NCBI GenBank assembly: GCA_051362555.1
Contig: CM120646.1
Coordinates: 6,758,001 to 6,822,000 of the forward strand
Direction: 5' to 3'
Length of the DNA stretch: 64,000 nucleotides
Source: Lingula anatina
Taxonomy: Eukaryota; Animalia; Brachiopoda
Position numbers and translations under genes: made by a program. Below, in pieces: positions 13,475-27,204 of this stretch. Numbering within the stretch: position 1 is the first letter of the stretch; the number at the start of each line of letters is the position of its first letter. The notes under the pieces are model-generated. The model was given only the letters and a program-made list of their open reading frames with translations, had not been told where the DNA came from and ran no database searches.

Positions 13475-16400
13475 TTAGTTTTTTTTGGCTTGTGGATGTT
13501 TGACACAATTTTTCAATACTTATGTTAACAAAAATGGTTTAATCTTCTGGTTGAAAAATGACAGAGCAACGAAAACACTATGCAGCGTCCGTAATTCGAT
13601 TCATTAGTTTTCCAGGTTATTCGTTTCATTTTTACTTTAAGATAATGGACGATAAAATTTGCATTTTCCACATTTGATACTGCAGGCCCAGACAGTCTTA
13701 GGTTTATAAACTAGAATAAAAAACATTAAAATAATATTGTACCCTTAATTAGTTTGTAAGAGTCCGTAACTCATCTAAAAAAATGTAAAGAAAAGAAAAA
13801 CATCCATATTAAATCAATAAGTCATAGTCAGTACTATGTACGAATCAATGCAAATGTATTTTTCGAATTCATTGACACCAAACATGGCCAGGCGTTAAAA
13901 TAAGAAGGAAAAGTGGCTACATGAACATGTTTTCTCTGTGTTTTGAATGCTTTAATGTCATTCTTTCTATATCGTATATCTTTGTCTCATTTTTACTCTC
14001 TAGGATCGCCTAAACAATGCCTGTATTTTGTTTAAAGGCAGATGTTTGTATTCTACTTAATCTTTTTTTTTATATTTTTTATTTTGCATTCACGACCGAA
14101 AGGGTAAGGGTATATAAATCTTGCGCGAAAATTCAATGCCTTTACGTTTTTAGAAATGCTTGAGTTTTTAGAAAACGTACTTGATAGTTTCCGGCTGGGA
14201 GGTATGCAAGAGAATCCTCCCAGATGAAACAAGAGTGCTCAGACACAGGATATGCTTGACAGATAAAACGCCAAAACAGACACACAGTTGGCTACCAATC
14301 CAACAATCGCTTGTCATGTGTTTTATTAATAGGGGCTAAGAAGAAGATAGTGCCCCTAAGGTATCCTTCGGACAAGAAAAGGGTAGCATGCAGTTGGCCG
14401 AACAATGGGAATTTCGCTTTCAGAATTTCGCCGCAAGGGTTGTCTATTTTGCTCTGCACTTCATGTTTCTTTGGTAGCATTTCATGAACCAGTATTTGAA
14501 GTGGCTGTTGGGTAGCTACTTTCCAAGAACATGCCAAAAGTACGCCCAAGGACAAATATTCTCCGGCCCAAAATGAAAGGGGCTTTCCTTTTTGATTTTT
14601 TTCAATAAGTAAGATCATTTCAATTTTTGTTTTCTTAAAGTCAAAAATTATTTTTCGAAACCAGGAGGTCTATAACGCAACCATTCGTTTTCATTTTATA
14701 TTGGATATTTATATAAAATTAATCAGCTCAAGAAGTAGTCTTTTTACATATAAGACGATATTGATGCATATAGGCCTCATATGTAATTTTTCTAAATATA
14801 TTTTTATGGATCATTTTATGACCATCTACGTGTAATTATAAACCATAAACTGAAAAGCACATATGCGTCAAAAGTTTTTTTTTTTTGATAATTACAACTT
14901 TCTTTAAACTTGCATCCCAGCATTACAAACATGATTAACAATATTTTTGAAGAATTGTTGCTATTGTTAAGCGACCCACTAAGGATCGCCAACACTGAGG
15001 TTTGACTCGAGAATCATCTTCCAGGTTTACCAGACTACCTTGTTCCCGTTCGCGGTTTTCAAACCTTGAAGAAACAATTACAATTACTGTACCCCCACTG
15101 CCCGAAGTCAGCGGAACCCCCTCCTGGGACGCCGATCATCAATGATTAATGAGAACGCCGTTGTATCAGGTTATTATTTCCACATTATCTGGAGTAGATG
15201 ATTAAGTCCACGCGCTTCTTGCACGCTTCACGATGATAATGATAGGTGTGAGATCAAAGCTGTCGTCGGCGTAATTGTCGCTATTGTTTTGGATTGGGTT
15301 TGGGTTGTCCCATTATCTGAAACGGAGATGTATGACCGCGCGAGTTGTGGTGCGACGGTAACCTGTATTTTAGCTTTGCTTCTGTCTTTTGGGTTTCAGC
15401 ATTGTTAAAGATGATATGGCGCTCTATATAGAAAGCTCACATTTTCTGTCTTTTTTTTTTAATTTGGCGTTGGAGGCAACACAATTGTATAATGGTTGAA
15501 GTTTATGGCTTTGTTTGTAAGCGGGGTGACTGTCCGTGTGCTGGTTGTGGGGATGATTTGAACTTTGGTTTTGTTTTGTTTTTTTTTTTTTTTTTGTAAT
15601 ATTACAGCAAAGCATATGTACATTATGTGTGGTTTGAAAATAATACCATATTGTTATGTGATCTGACCGTAAACATGGCACCGTAATTACCACGCAATTT
15701 TTAGATAACATGGCACGATATTTAAAAACGTAGGTCAATGCTATGTGGATATAGGCTACATATTTTAGAAATCTGATAATAAGAAGACATATTTGTGTTG
15801 TCAAAAATTGTCTATTAATTAGTATTCGGTGTATATGAACTCTACACGTAGCGGATAGGCATACAGAACATATCCAAAGAGTAAAAACAGTTTACTCGTT
15901 TTCAGATAAAACACTTTCACCTTAACAAAAAGTTGACATGCACTTGGTACATTTGGGTCTTTGGTTCTCTAGAGGAACATGTACCTTTAAGTATATTATG
16001 GAACCGTTTAGTAATGTAATTTGTTTCTCACACGATGTGTGTACCCAATATAAGTGCAATGTAGAAGTAATTCGGTGCAAATTATTAGTAAGGCAATGCA
16101 AAGTCATGCACGTAAATATTTAAACAGGCAAAGCTTAAGCGTCATCTTTGTACACATCAATACATTATTCCTGATAAAAGTAATTTTTCTTAATGCACGG
16201 ATTACTCAACGTATTTACTTTTATCCAAAGATACCAACAACAATTTTGCCTAATGTAACGCTGCTTTCAAACTGTTCCTCTTTGTCAAACGTCTCTTCCA
16301 TGCTATAATTACGAAGAGAAAACAATTTTACAAAGTTCAAGGCATTTACAATTGTAAAACTAAAAAACAAGACAAGATCAAACATACGCTTTCAACAGCG

Positions 16401-17521
16401 CAGTACGTTACAAGTTTGTTTCGAACAAAGCCACTCGCACTTCACAACGCTAGCATGTGTTTAAACAAAGCCACTCAATGAAAACCCATTGTTCGGATTC
16501 CGCTAGTTATTACATATAGATCTACAGAGCCCAATCCTTTTTCAATCTTCTGGAACAGGTTACCATGGCAACGCTTGACTTTCATTATATGCCTCTGTGT
16601 CGGTATATTGAAAATGCGCTGGGAAAATGTCAGAGCTACATGCAAATCCGTCGTTAGTCAACGTCGTCGTTTTTATTCGTATTGAGAATTTAATTCCGCG
16701 TTAATTATCGCCCATGCTACCAATTCCCACAATCACTGAACGTATTTAGGAAGTTTTACAAATCACGGGGGACGTTTTACCTCCTAAGCTTATAATCAGT
16801 GTACAATTGCGCGTCACTGCTACTCCAAAAAGAAGACGAATTACTTGCCTCTTGTTGGAAATTCGTGATCGTCTTTTTTATTTCTAATTTCAACCAGAAC
16901 ATCAAATTGGATCTGCATTGCTGATATACAATTTGCACGCTAAATGGAAATTACTGGACAATATACAGTTCGCATAATTCCACATCCGACGTTTATTTCC
17001 TGCTTAATGATAAAAAACAGTTCATTTACGAACAGCTTCATTTTACATTATTAGCGAAACTTTTTATATACTTTATTAAAACGTTTTATATACTTGTATA
17101 AAAAAAACATACGGAGCACTGCAAAAGAACAAAAATACACAAATACTTTCTACTGTAATTTTTTTTTCTGAACGGTTCAGCCTCTCCAAAGTAAAATGTG
17201 CCCATTTTCAGTTCTATTGTTTTTACAAAAGATGCTCACTTATTCCAGTAATAGAAAATTGATTTCGTAAAGTAACCAAATGTACATTTTCAGATGTGCA
17301 GATGCAAAAAAGATTCAGTATAAATATCTTAGTTCTACTGAATTATGTTGGATAAATATCTAAAATAATTATTTCAATATAGAGCACCAAAATACTTGCA
17401 ATGTTTTGAAACTGATTTTGTTTTATTTAGAGGCCCATTCGTTGGAATGCCATGTGTCAGAAAATAAATTTTCAGAAGTCAGTTTACGTATGATTTGATT
17501 TTGTATTTTTTGTCATTACAG

Positions 17522-17793
17522 CAACCAAACAGAGCACAAAGAACTATCAGGACTACAGTGGAAACATACCAAACATGGGGCGAACGAACTTCAGCAATAA
17601 ACAACTTACAGAACTTGAAAAAGAATTTCATTTTAACAAATATCTCACGCGAGCGAGACGAATCGAGATCGCAGCGGCTCTCGGACTCAATGAGACTCAG
17701 GTAAAGATCTGGTTTCAAAACAGAAGGATGAAACAGAAGAAACGAATGAAGGAAAGTCAGACTTTACCAACAGCTGCATTTGGTGCGGAATAA
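17522..17793 (+). CDS. lab: Hox1/labial, terminal coding exon (homeodomain 17569-17748); 5' exon(s) not in window
   Basis: Encodes [126 protein letters not shown] are PG1 diagnostics. Strong acceptor ttgtattttttgtcattacAG ends at 17521 (phase 1); TAA at 17791-17793. Confidence 0.96.
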
Positions 17794-20480
17794 ATCACCA
17801 TGATAATATCTCTATTGAAATCTCATTTTCAACCAAAACAAAACAAAGAGCTTCATGTTGTTTTATTTCATTTATTGTGATGGTGCGTGCTACGTAAATG
17901 GATATTCGAGATATTCGAAACCACTGATTGGCAACTTAACAATGCTTCACACATTAGAGGAATCAACATTGTCAAAGAGCTCGAACGTTTTACCCAAAAT
18001 AACTGCATAATATAAATCTTGGACAACTGTTTTCTTGGGAACATGCAGGCCACGAACAAGGCAAACAGTAGAGAAAGACAGTCACCTTTGACCCGCTTAT
18101 GCTGGTGTTGTACTCGTATTCGAAAAAGAAATGCTCAGTGAACTTTATGTATAAAGCCAATGCTACCGTAGCCGTTCGACCAGTTGGCAACCCGCAAAAA
18201 ACTGCACTTGACACAGTTCGGTCAATGCACACATATATGTGAACAAAGATCAAAATCGCCCACATATACCTATACCATATATCTCTACAACCAGAGGCAG
18301 CTAAGAATGGCTATTCTGTAAGTTGTATCTTATCGCTGTTGCCAAACTGAAAGTAATATCGTCTGGAATCTTGCGTATTGATCGGCAGCGTTGAAATCGA
18401 TCCAAGGGACGAAGCCTGCTATCTTACTACATGGCGTAGGACGGTCATGGAAGGGCAGCCCCCTGTTAACAGCAGCAAGAATTAATGTCTAATTATAAAC
18501 TGCCTTCACCAAAGTTGACTGCAATCAGTCAAGAGCGATGTTTTTACTTTAGCTGTGAACCATTTGGGTTAAAAGGCCGTAAACATGACAGCGTCGTAAT
18601 ATACAGAACGACATGAGAAGGAATTTGCATTGTGGAATAAGCGGACATGATTCCTTGTTTTGAGATAAAACCGTTAAGGAAGTATGCCAAGCCGACCTGT
18701 TAAAACAGGAGGGAAAAAGCACCAAAGATGTACCGTTGTTTTGTACAACTTTCCAACGAAAACTTGTGTGTGTGACGAACTCGTCATAATAGTGCACAGC
18801 ATGTCTGGATATACACTAACAAAGCAACAGCCGACATTTGCCTATATGTATTTTACACAACTTACGTCACAGCATCCGGGCATTTCATTGAATCAAAAAA
18901 AGCCATATTCAGGTCCATGTTTTACAAAATTGAAGGCATAATATTGTTACACTTAATGTTAAATGGTTTGCAAAAACCTGCATAATACGCTATGTTCCCG
19001 TAGCTGTGGTTATTTATCCAATTCTTAAGTATAATCTGTTGGTTTGATATCTGGTTTATTTTAATTTTGTTACTTAAAATAATCCTGGATTGACGATGCC
19101 CTACTGACAGTGTAAAACTGTAAATGTGCGGATTAGTATTGTCTTTTTAAGAGTTTAGGAAGGATTTTAAGAGTTATCTGTCGTTGACAAAATAATGAGC
19201 TTGACAACAAATAATTTAAGATAATTTGCCTTGCATCGATTATTACTTTTGCGCCTTTGCCTTTGTAAAATGAACCAAAACTCATTGATGTATCTCTTGG
19301 GCAGTGTTTCTGTTTGTCCGGCATGTATTCTCTTTGGTTTCTAGTCCGCAGTTCTACCCAACACTTTTCTTGATCTTATAATGATTCTTTTATAGAAAAC
19401 CATATGCTGTATCCGAAGAACATAACAGATGCATCGATGCAAATATGCATTAACACCACCGGTGTTCCTTTCTGTTTGGCACTTTACATACACACAATGC
19501 TACTGTTGCATTAACTATACATAGAGTACACAGATCCAATTACAATGGTCGTATCAGTCTGGAGTCATACTATAACGTGTTCTCTCACCGTACGTTGCTA
19601 CAGGCAGATGAATCGATGCGACACTTGGGTATCTCGCAACATTTGATAATTATTTATCTCTTCTCTCAGGATATTAGACTATTGATTTAAAAAACAAACG
19701 GATGTTTATTTTAACTGTTTGACGTTGTGTATGATATGAGAAAGGCTAATTGAACGTCTTACTGAATGGCAATGGTGCAAAGAATCAGTGTTCTAATTAT
19801 TCATGACTTTAAGTAGATTGAATTTAGGAGAACTATTGATAAGAATCTCAACAATGACGCAAAAAAAGTATTTATTATCTCCCTACACAAAGTCCACGGT
19901 GCTAAATCGCAAACCGAGGATGATTTTGTTAGACATCATCGTTTCCATTTCAACGTCATACTATACACATATATATTACCACACTTGATAATCAGCGCAC
20001 TTTCATTTGTTTTAGAAAAGACAATTGTTTCATTTCAAGGGAAATTTCTGTTAGTCGTCTACTGTTGCCCTATTACTATACATGATAGACGATTTAATAC
20101 AAACGAAGCTCCCATCAAAGTTTAAAACCAGCTTAGTTTATGTTAACAATGACATCGAGATAAATTATATGCCCTAGTGGAGATATTCTAAATGTGGCTG
20201 GGTAAATCTATATTTTGTTTTATTATATTTCGAAGAGTTGTAAATCTCTAATCGTAAATATCCTCATTGAATTGTACGTAACCAATCAGAAACCTATTAA
20301 CTTCTTACCCATTATGTGTGCATCTTAAATAAGTGTGGAGAATTTAACTGTTCTTAAAGAAATGCATCTTAAATTGTAAATTTGTATGTCGTTGAAATGT
20401 TTGTATTTTAATTTATTAAGCTTTGCGTCATTAAAAGTGCGTGTATTATTCTTGTAATAAAAGTGGTGTTTATTTTCAGA
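17794..20480 (+). other. Probable long Hox1 3' UTR with polyadenylation signal
   Basis: Apart from one AATAAA overlapping the stop codon, the first AATAAA I found is at 20456-20461. It is preceded by ATTAAA and TGTA-rich sequence and followed by GT/T-rich sequence. Confidence 0.55.
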
Positions 20481-21179
20481 CTGTAGAATGTGTGAGAGTC
20501 TTACCCTACCTTAAGATACATATTTTCGTTTCCCCTCCTCTTTATCTTTCTTTTCTAATGAGATAATTTAGTGGAAATGCTATCAAATCGGAGTATTTAT
20601 AACAAACACTGTTTCTAATGTTTTTGTGAACCAGAATATCTGTCTAAAAGCACTTCGTTGTACATGCCCATGTATAAGAGAAAGGCATATTACACTGTAT
20701 ATCTAAAACATAATATAAAGTCCATTGCAAATACTATGATTAATGATGGCATTCAATTTTGAAATGATGAAGTGAAACCAAACCCAAAACATTGCATGAT
20801 ACAAATTTTCGAAATAATGTTTTTTTCCTCTTTGATTCGGCGGCGGGTGTTATTATTGAACAAAAATTGCTCAGCTAGCTTGGAGAAATGGCGTGACAGG
20901 CGGTTAAAAGGCCCAAGTTTTCATTTCAACCTCTATTCCCAAGACGTATAGCTTATCGTTCGAAGATTGCTTTTTTAATCACATCTGAGCAATTCATGAT
21001 ACTCTCCTGGTTTTTAGGGAGATTTTTTCTTTGAAAAAGGTGCACCATATCGCAGCGTTGCACTTTTCTAAAAGTGTGTCGGTTCACCATAAAGATTGTT
21101 TTAAAGGAAATTAAATGCCACTTTTTATCATGACATTTAGACACCAGTTTAGGAGAATGATTACGATTCCCTGCTTTGG

Positions 21180-21204
21180 AGAGAGAGAGAGAGAGAGAGA
21201 GAGA
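21180..21204. repeat. (GA)n microsatellite
   Basis: Direct reading. Confidence 0.9.
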
Positions 21205-24200
21205 GGTGAAGGAAGAATGAAAGAAAGGAAAAGAAAACTCAGCTGTCATAAACTCAAGAACATACGCGGCCTTCAGCATAAGAATCCCGGTCTCTGATCA
21301 GCGAACCGTTTAAACGCCGTCCCATCCATCATTTTACGTAGGGGTTTGGCGATTACCCAGAAACCGCTTCTACGACTTCTTTTAGACATTTTCACTAAGT
21401 ACTCTTCATCCTCCACTGGGGCCAAGACACAGGGCACTAAGCCCAAAGCCTGTATACCTAAAACATCCACAGTTCCGCAGTGGAAATAGCGAAGCCATAA
21501 AAACAGAGGACGTTTAGGCCCCACAAAGGCCTTGGTCAGATTTCAACAGCTCCCTTGTTGGGCTTGTCTTGCCTTCTTCCGTTCTCATTGGTCCATGTGC
21601 AAGCACTTTTGATGCCTCATGATGGATCGGTACTTCACAGCGAGAGAGCAAAAGTTCAACAAGTTTAGCCAAGCAGAACTGAAATACTTGTCAAATATTC
21701 AAGTGTTACCCCTCCTTAGCTTCAAAATAAGTCAATTTGAAAGTAATATGATTGAGATATGCCTACATCGATTTGAGTTTTTTTTCTTTAAGGAATAACT
21801 GCGCTAACTTAGTGGATTAATTTCTTTTACAGATATAATATAACCTGTACATACCCAAATGACTGAGGTGGAAGAAAGTATGTTGTTAAAAATATAGCTA
21901 CATTTTCTACTCAGTTCTCTGAATAAGACACAACTTGAATGCGAGTTAAATGAATGAGATTGCTGGCGCGCTTGTCTTACACCTATTTAACCGGCTCTTG
22001 TTCTGTTAAGAGCTGCATCCTTACTTCCAAATAATGATGTCATGTTGCAATAGGTCCTACAAAAGAATACACAATTGAATATTGCCTAAGCAAATCACAC
22101 CTGCTTGTCAACTGAATGGTAAATCTGCAAAAGGACCAAGAGTTCCTTGTTGGCCAAAGAAAAGCTTTGAAATGTAAAGGAAGATTTACATTTGCTTTAT
22201 AATGCTTATTATTACTTAGATTTAAATCACACCTGATGTAAATAGGCCTCTGGAAGTATATTTCTTCCACAGCTCGTGTTTTGGGGATATATCTGAAACT
22301 TTGATATGTCTTTTGATTCCAAAAATAAATAGCTTTCAGTTGTTCAGCTTTAAAGTATATTACTGCAGGAACATATTAGATTGTCAAGATCTAGATCTCG
22401 ATATCTGACATACCACTTCCAACCTAAGTCATAACTTTTCCTACGCACATTGGTGAATAAAGACATCATCTCCTTGCCTTTCTGATCTGCCTGAAATAAT
22501 CGCAGAACGTTAATCCTATCAAATATTATTACGTTACAAGAAAATATACCATAATTTCGCAATTTACGAATGTTCACGAGTTACCTTACTTAACCTGAGC
22601 GTAATTCCCGTAATTTTTTTTAGGTGGGATGTGAAGCATGTTTGTTTTTTAATATATGATTTTAAGTTATTAACCCTGAGGTCTGTTTCAACACAGCGTA
22701 AAGGAAAAACACACGCACGAAAATGATAGGTACAACACAAAACCAAAGAAATAAGTGCTACTGTAGATATTATATTAAACTCTATAAGTTTCCACTATCC
22801 ACTATTCCGCTTAGGAATTTGCAAAACCCACGAGGCTAGGTTAACGAAAAAGAACAAGATATTGAGATGAACAGTTTCTCTCCAGTGTAAGACACAAAAG
22901 GTCTGAGCTACGACCTCAGTTTTTGAAGGAACGTTCTTGTCACCGGCACCATAACATACGCACACTCAGCGCCGCGCCATATCATCCCTCGTCTCCGTAA
23001 CGAATCGGATCAATTTCAAAAGTTAATTTACAGAACAGAATCACTTAAATATCGGGGAACAATCGCCACTATCATCGAACTGCCCCGGGCTAGATATACA
23101 ATACACCTTTGGAAATTATCAATCCATCTTCCGGGCCGCCATGATGTACGCGTAGGGCCCTGCACGATAGCTGTGATTTCGTGTGAGTTGTACATACTCG
23201 GGGCTCAGTGCATCTTTCCTCTTCGAGTAGTATCCTTCCATTATCTGTAGATGGTATAGATATCTGCATTATAAATATATCTTAGATACATGGCTATTTT
23301 CTGTCCCTGAACCATCCACTTTCGTGATAGTCGTTTTTTCTCGCCAGAACGGTTACTTTGGAAGGAAGCCTCCATAACGTCTTTATTGGCCTCACACACA
23401 GACATACACATCTATCTAGATTCAGCTGTATCTAATGCTTGCTTTATCATTATAACCATTGACCGCCAGTAATGTATCTTTATACATGATGCAGTTTAAA
23501 TGTTGCAGATGTGGTCATGTTACTTAATTCCTATACTTTAAAAAACAACTGGGACTACCAAATCGCCATACCATTTTATTTCATAAAGTTATTTCACTTT
23601 TCTCGAAGTTTGAAATCTTAAGCGTTTCTATCTTCTACTTCACAAGCCCAACTCCTACACACCCAGAGGCCCGGCAGGGGCATACGGTCCGTGCGAATTC
23701 GATCCCATACCACATCTGCAAGGTGCGAGGCGGTAATTCATGATGACAGTGATATTGTATTTGTCTCACTTTTTCGTGTCACAACACCTGTCTCCTAATC
23801 TACGTGACAACCTGATAGTTGATATAAGGAAATATGGCCGGTCCCGTCACAGGACATCTGTCACTATAATCCTATCTCTGTTGTCTCATGTGACATGTAT
23901 GGTTTATTAGCGATGACTTTTTCAGGAAACGGGGAAGGATTCGGGGAGGGGGGGGGAGGGGAGTGGGCAGGTTATGAATCCAACTGCCGTCACTCCGCGT
24001 GTGTAAATAAAATGTGATTAGTTACGCAAAAGGAAGTGTTCGCTCCCTCGCTCCTCTTCTTCTCCAACCCCTCCCCCAATCTATCAATATATCAAAGCTG
24101 ATTGTGTTCTTTCTACACCGAAAATGAATAGACAAGAAAAGCATTAGAGTTGAGTCCATTTGAAATACAGTTTTAGGAAAGTTCTCGTTATAAAGCGTTT

Positions 24201-26499
24201 CCTTGTACTGAATAGACAATTTCCTCAACTATTAAAGTGGAAAATAAATAAAAATAAAAAAGTAAAATTATTTAGACTTAATATAAACCAGTGATTTATA
24301 TTCGATTAGGTTTTCGTGATTCTGTGGCAAATGAAGACGAAAATCACCATAAGATGGGCTTTTAATGAGTTTTCTTTGTTTCGATATTCCTTTCTGTATT
24401 TTATTTCATCAAATAAAACATTGACGCGTAACACAGAACATCTATTTTTTTAGTCTAACAAAATGCATCACTATTTCCGGCCATAATCTGGCTAAAAAGG
24501 ATTATTAGTGCGATTTTTCATTTTACAGATCATGAAATTAAGTTTTCTAACAATAACAAAACTAAACAAGGTACCAATAATTTATACATGAACAACATGT
24601 TAAAACAAAGTCGAGTATTTTAAGTATTTTATCACATGGTTGGTAGCAAAATACTTCCAGATACAATACAATATTCAGACTCTCAAATTCACAAAATATT
24701 ATTATTAAATACTGTAGAATTTATTTGTGAATTGAATTTTCGAAAGTAAATTGCAATCAATTACTCGTCCACCTTCCGCAAATATAGTACAGGCACAAAA
24801 CACATTACCTCCTAGATAAGAAGTTGATCTTATTGTATTACAAATATTTCAACAAGCACAATATCCCGGTTTATTTTATCAGCACTTAGTGGACTGTTAA
24901 ACACGCTATATTATTATTTCATACAGATTTCAGTGATAAATATACACGCTCTGTATGATTCATCTTTACCTTATTCTCAATATAACATATAAAGACTCAT
25001 TGTATCTAACAGCAATGTTCAATCCACAAACGCACTGGAAGTATTTGCCATCATGGGTACATAAAGGAATGAACGTATAAAATATATGTCCTGTCAAAGA
25101 ACCATTTTGAGCCTGAAATGTGGAGTTGCCCCTATATTAAGGGCAGGTTTAGTGTTCCTTCTCATCCATTATTATCATTATTATTATTATAATAATTATT
25201 ATTATTAATAATACTGTATTTTATTTTTGGGTTTGCATCTTCATATTTTAATGTTGACTTGGGCCGTAAAATGCGATAGGTGAGAAGATACAGACACATA
25301 ATATCAAAACAGAGACTTCAACTTTCAACAGATGGCGCGGCGAACTTAATAAAAGACAAGGTTGCAATAAATTGAATGAAGATTTTGCGATGATGTGCTA
25401 ACAATGGGCTTCATCTAGTGAGTTCGACATTTTCTTAAATCATTCCAAATAATAGGCTAACAAACAAAGAAAAACATCGGAAATGATGGATATCCGGCTA
25501 TACTGAAAAGTGTCATCAGCCAACATATTTGTGTAACGTTTTAATTGATATAATCTGGAGTCTAGACAAAAAATTATAAAAAATGAACTTCTATATTTAG
25601 TGCCTGTGATGTTAAATATAGATATGACATATTTTCATTTCTTAGGAAGTTTTCCACTTTTGAATTTTTCATAATTTCAAATTAGTAGGATCACCAATAA
25701 AATTTTCATAAGAATAATTTTGAATATAGAAAAGCCTTTTATGTTGAATAATGAAATTTGAAATTCTCTGTCGCAACACCTATACATGGGTGATTTCATC
25801 AAAAGAAAACAAGGAAAAAAGAAAGAAAAAGAAAACATTTGCTGACTCAGAATGTTTTCTCAAGCGATAATTCAACAACGCCTTCCATTTTGGAATGATG
25901 CTCGATAATATGCCTACTATATATAGTACTACAAATGCGTTGGGTGTGAAAAAAAAAAAGACAACTGATACAATCTTAGAAAATGAACAAACGAGGTGGA
26001 TATTTTTATAGAGAATATTTGTTATAACAGTGATAGAAAGAGAGGTATTTTTGATGTGGCCCCATAGTTCCAATTTTTCTTATTTTTTAAATTATTTCAT
26101 ATTTGTTCATCTGCGTTTTGTGAAACCTAAGGAAACTATAAAATATCATTGCATTAAAAGCCACTGGCTCTTTTGAGGCGAGAGAACTATTCACTGTCAG
26201 ACATTATTCTTGTGTCAGATTACCCTTCTGTTGTTGAGATGATGAATAGTATTTTCTTACAAAAGGATGAAAGAAGGGAACAAGACGTTATTGCTTCAAT
26301 TTTGCCTGTTGGCCAAATTTAAGATGAGATTTTTTTCATTTTTGGGATTCATTCTTAAATTACGGAAACGGATTTTTTTTTTTGTTGTTCATTTTTGCAA
26401 AACTTTGATTATTAAAGTGATATATTTCATTTAAATTACAACTTGCTAAAAATTTATGTATGACCAATGAGCTAGAAATATCAAACGAATAACATAGAC

Positions 26500-27142
26500 A
26501 CCTTGACAAATAATTTTAATTTACATATTTTCTACACCCATTTATTTCACAAATAAAACATGAACAATGTACAAACTCTGCCCACTGTTTATCTGACGAG
26601 ATACCCAACTATGGGGGACTATTACACTTCCAAGTCACTCAAATATACTGGGAAACATATCCATTCAAAACCCTTCAAGGGATTCTATAGAACAAATTAC
26701 ATTAAAATTCTAAACACCTTACAAATCACAAAAAGTGTGTCATTTAATCGTCATAACTTCTGTTTATTTATACTAATCCATCAGCAATAGGGTGAACACC
26801 CTCAAAGCCGTCTAATGTTACAACTGTGATTAATATTAAACCGTATTTCGTAAAAAATAAATGATAATCTCCCTAACATGTAAAACGTACACTTGTTAAG
26901 TGAGCGGAAAATCATTGAAGAGGCTTCCTTCGGTAATAGAAAGAAAACTACGAAACTAGGTCAATTTCCAATGAAGTATTCACCCAGTAAGAACAGTATG
27001 TCTTAACGGTATAGTTTTGGTATGGTTCTAAGTTGTTACATTCCATATAAAAAGGCCGTGGAAATTACCCAATGTCATTTGGCAAGTATTTGAGACAGTT
27101 AATAAACAGAGACGTCGAGTCCTTAGAGGTTGCATTCCGAAT

Positions 27143-27204
<62 letters not shown>

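Larger units (their letters stand above)
1..17521 (+). other. Hox1/labial intron (at least 17.5 kb, 5' end outside window)
   Basis: Acceptor at 17520-17521. I found no upstream ORF with a Hox1 hexapeptide (YKWM/FDWM type) on +. Small internal exons cannot be excluded. Confidence 0.7.

Noticed and set aside
14292-14618. 108-aa minus-strand ORF (similarly 10967-11368, 21273-21524, 29183-29443, 49014-49397, 62105-62530)
   Set aside because: No recognisable motif or exon chain, and lengths are compatible with chance. A BLASTX search could still reveal TE remnants.
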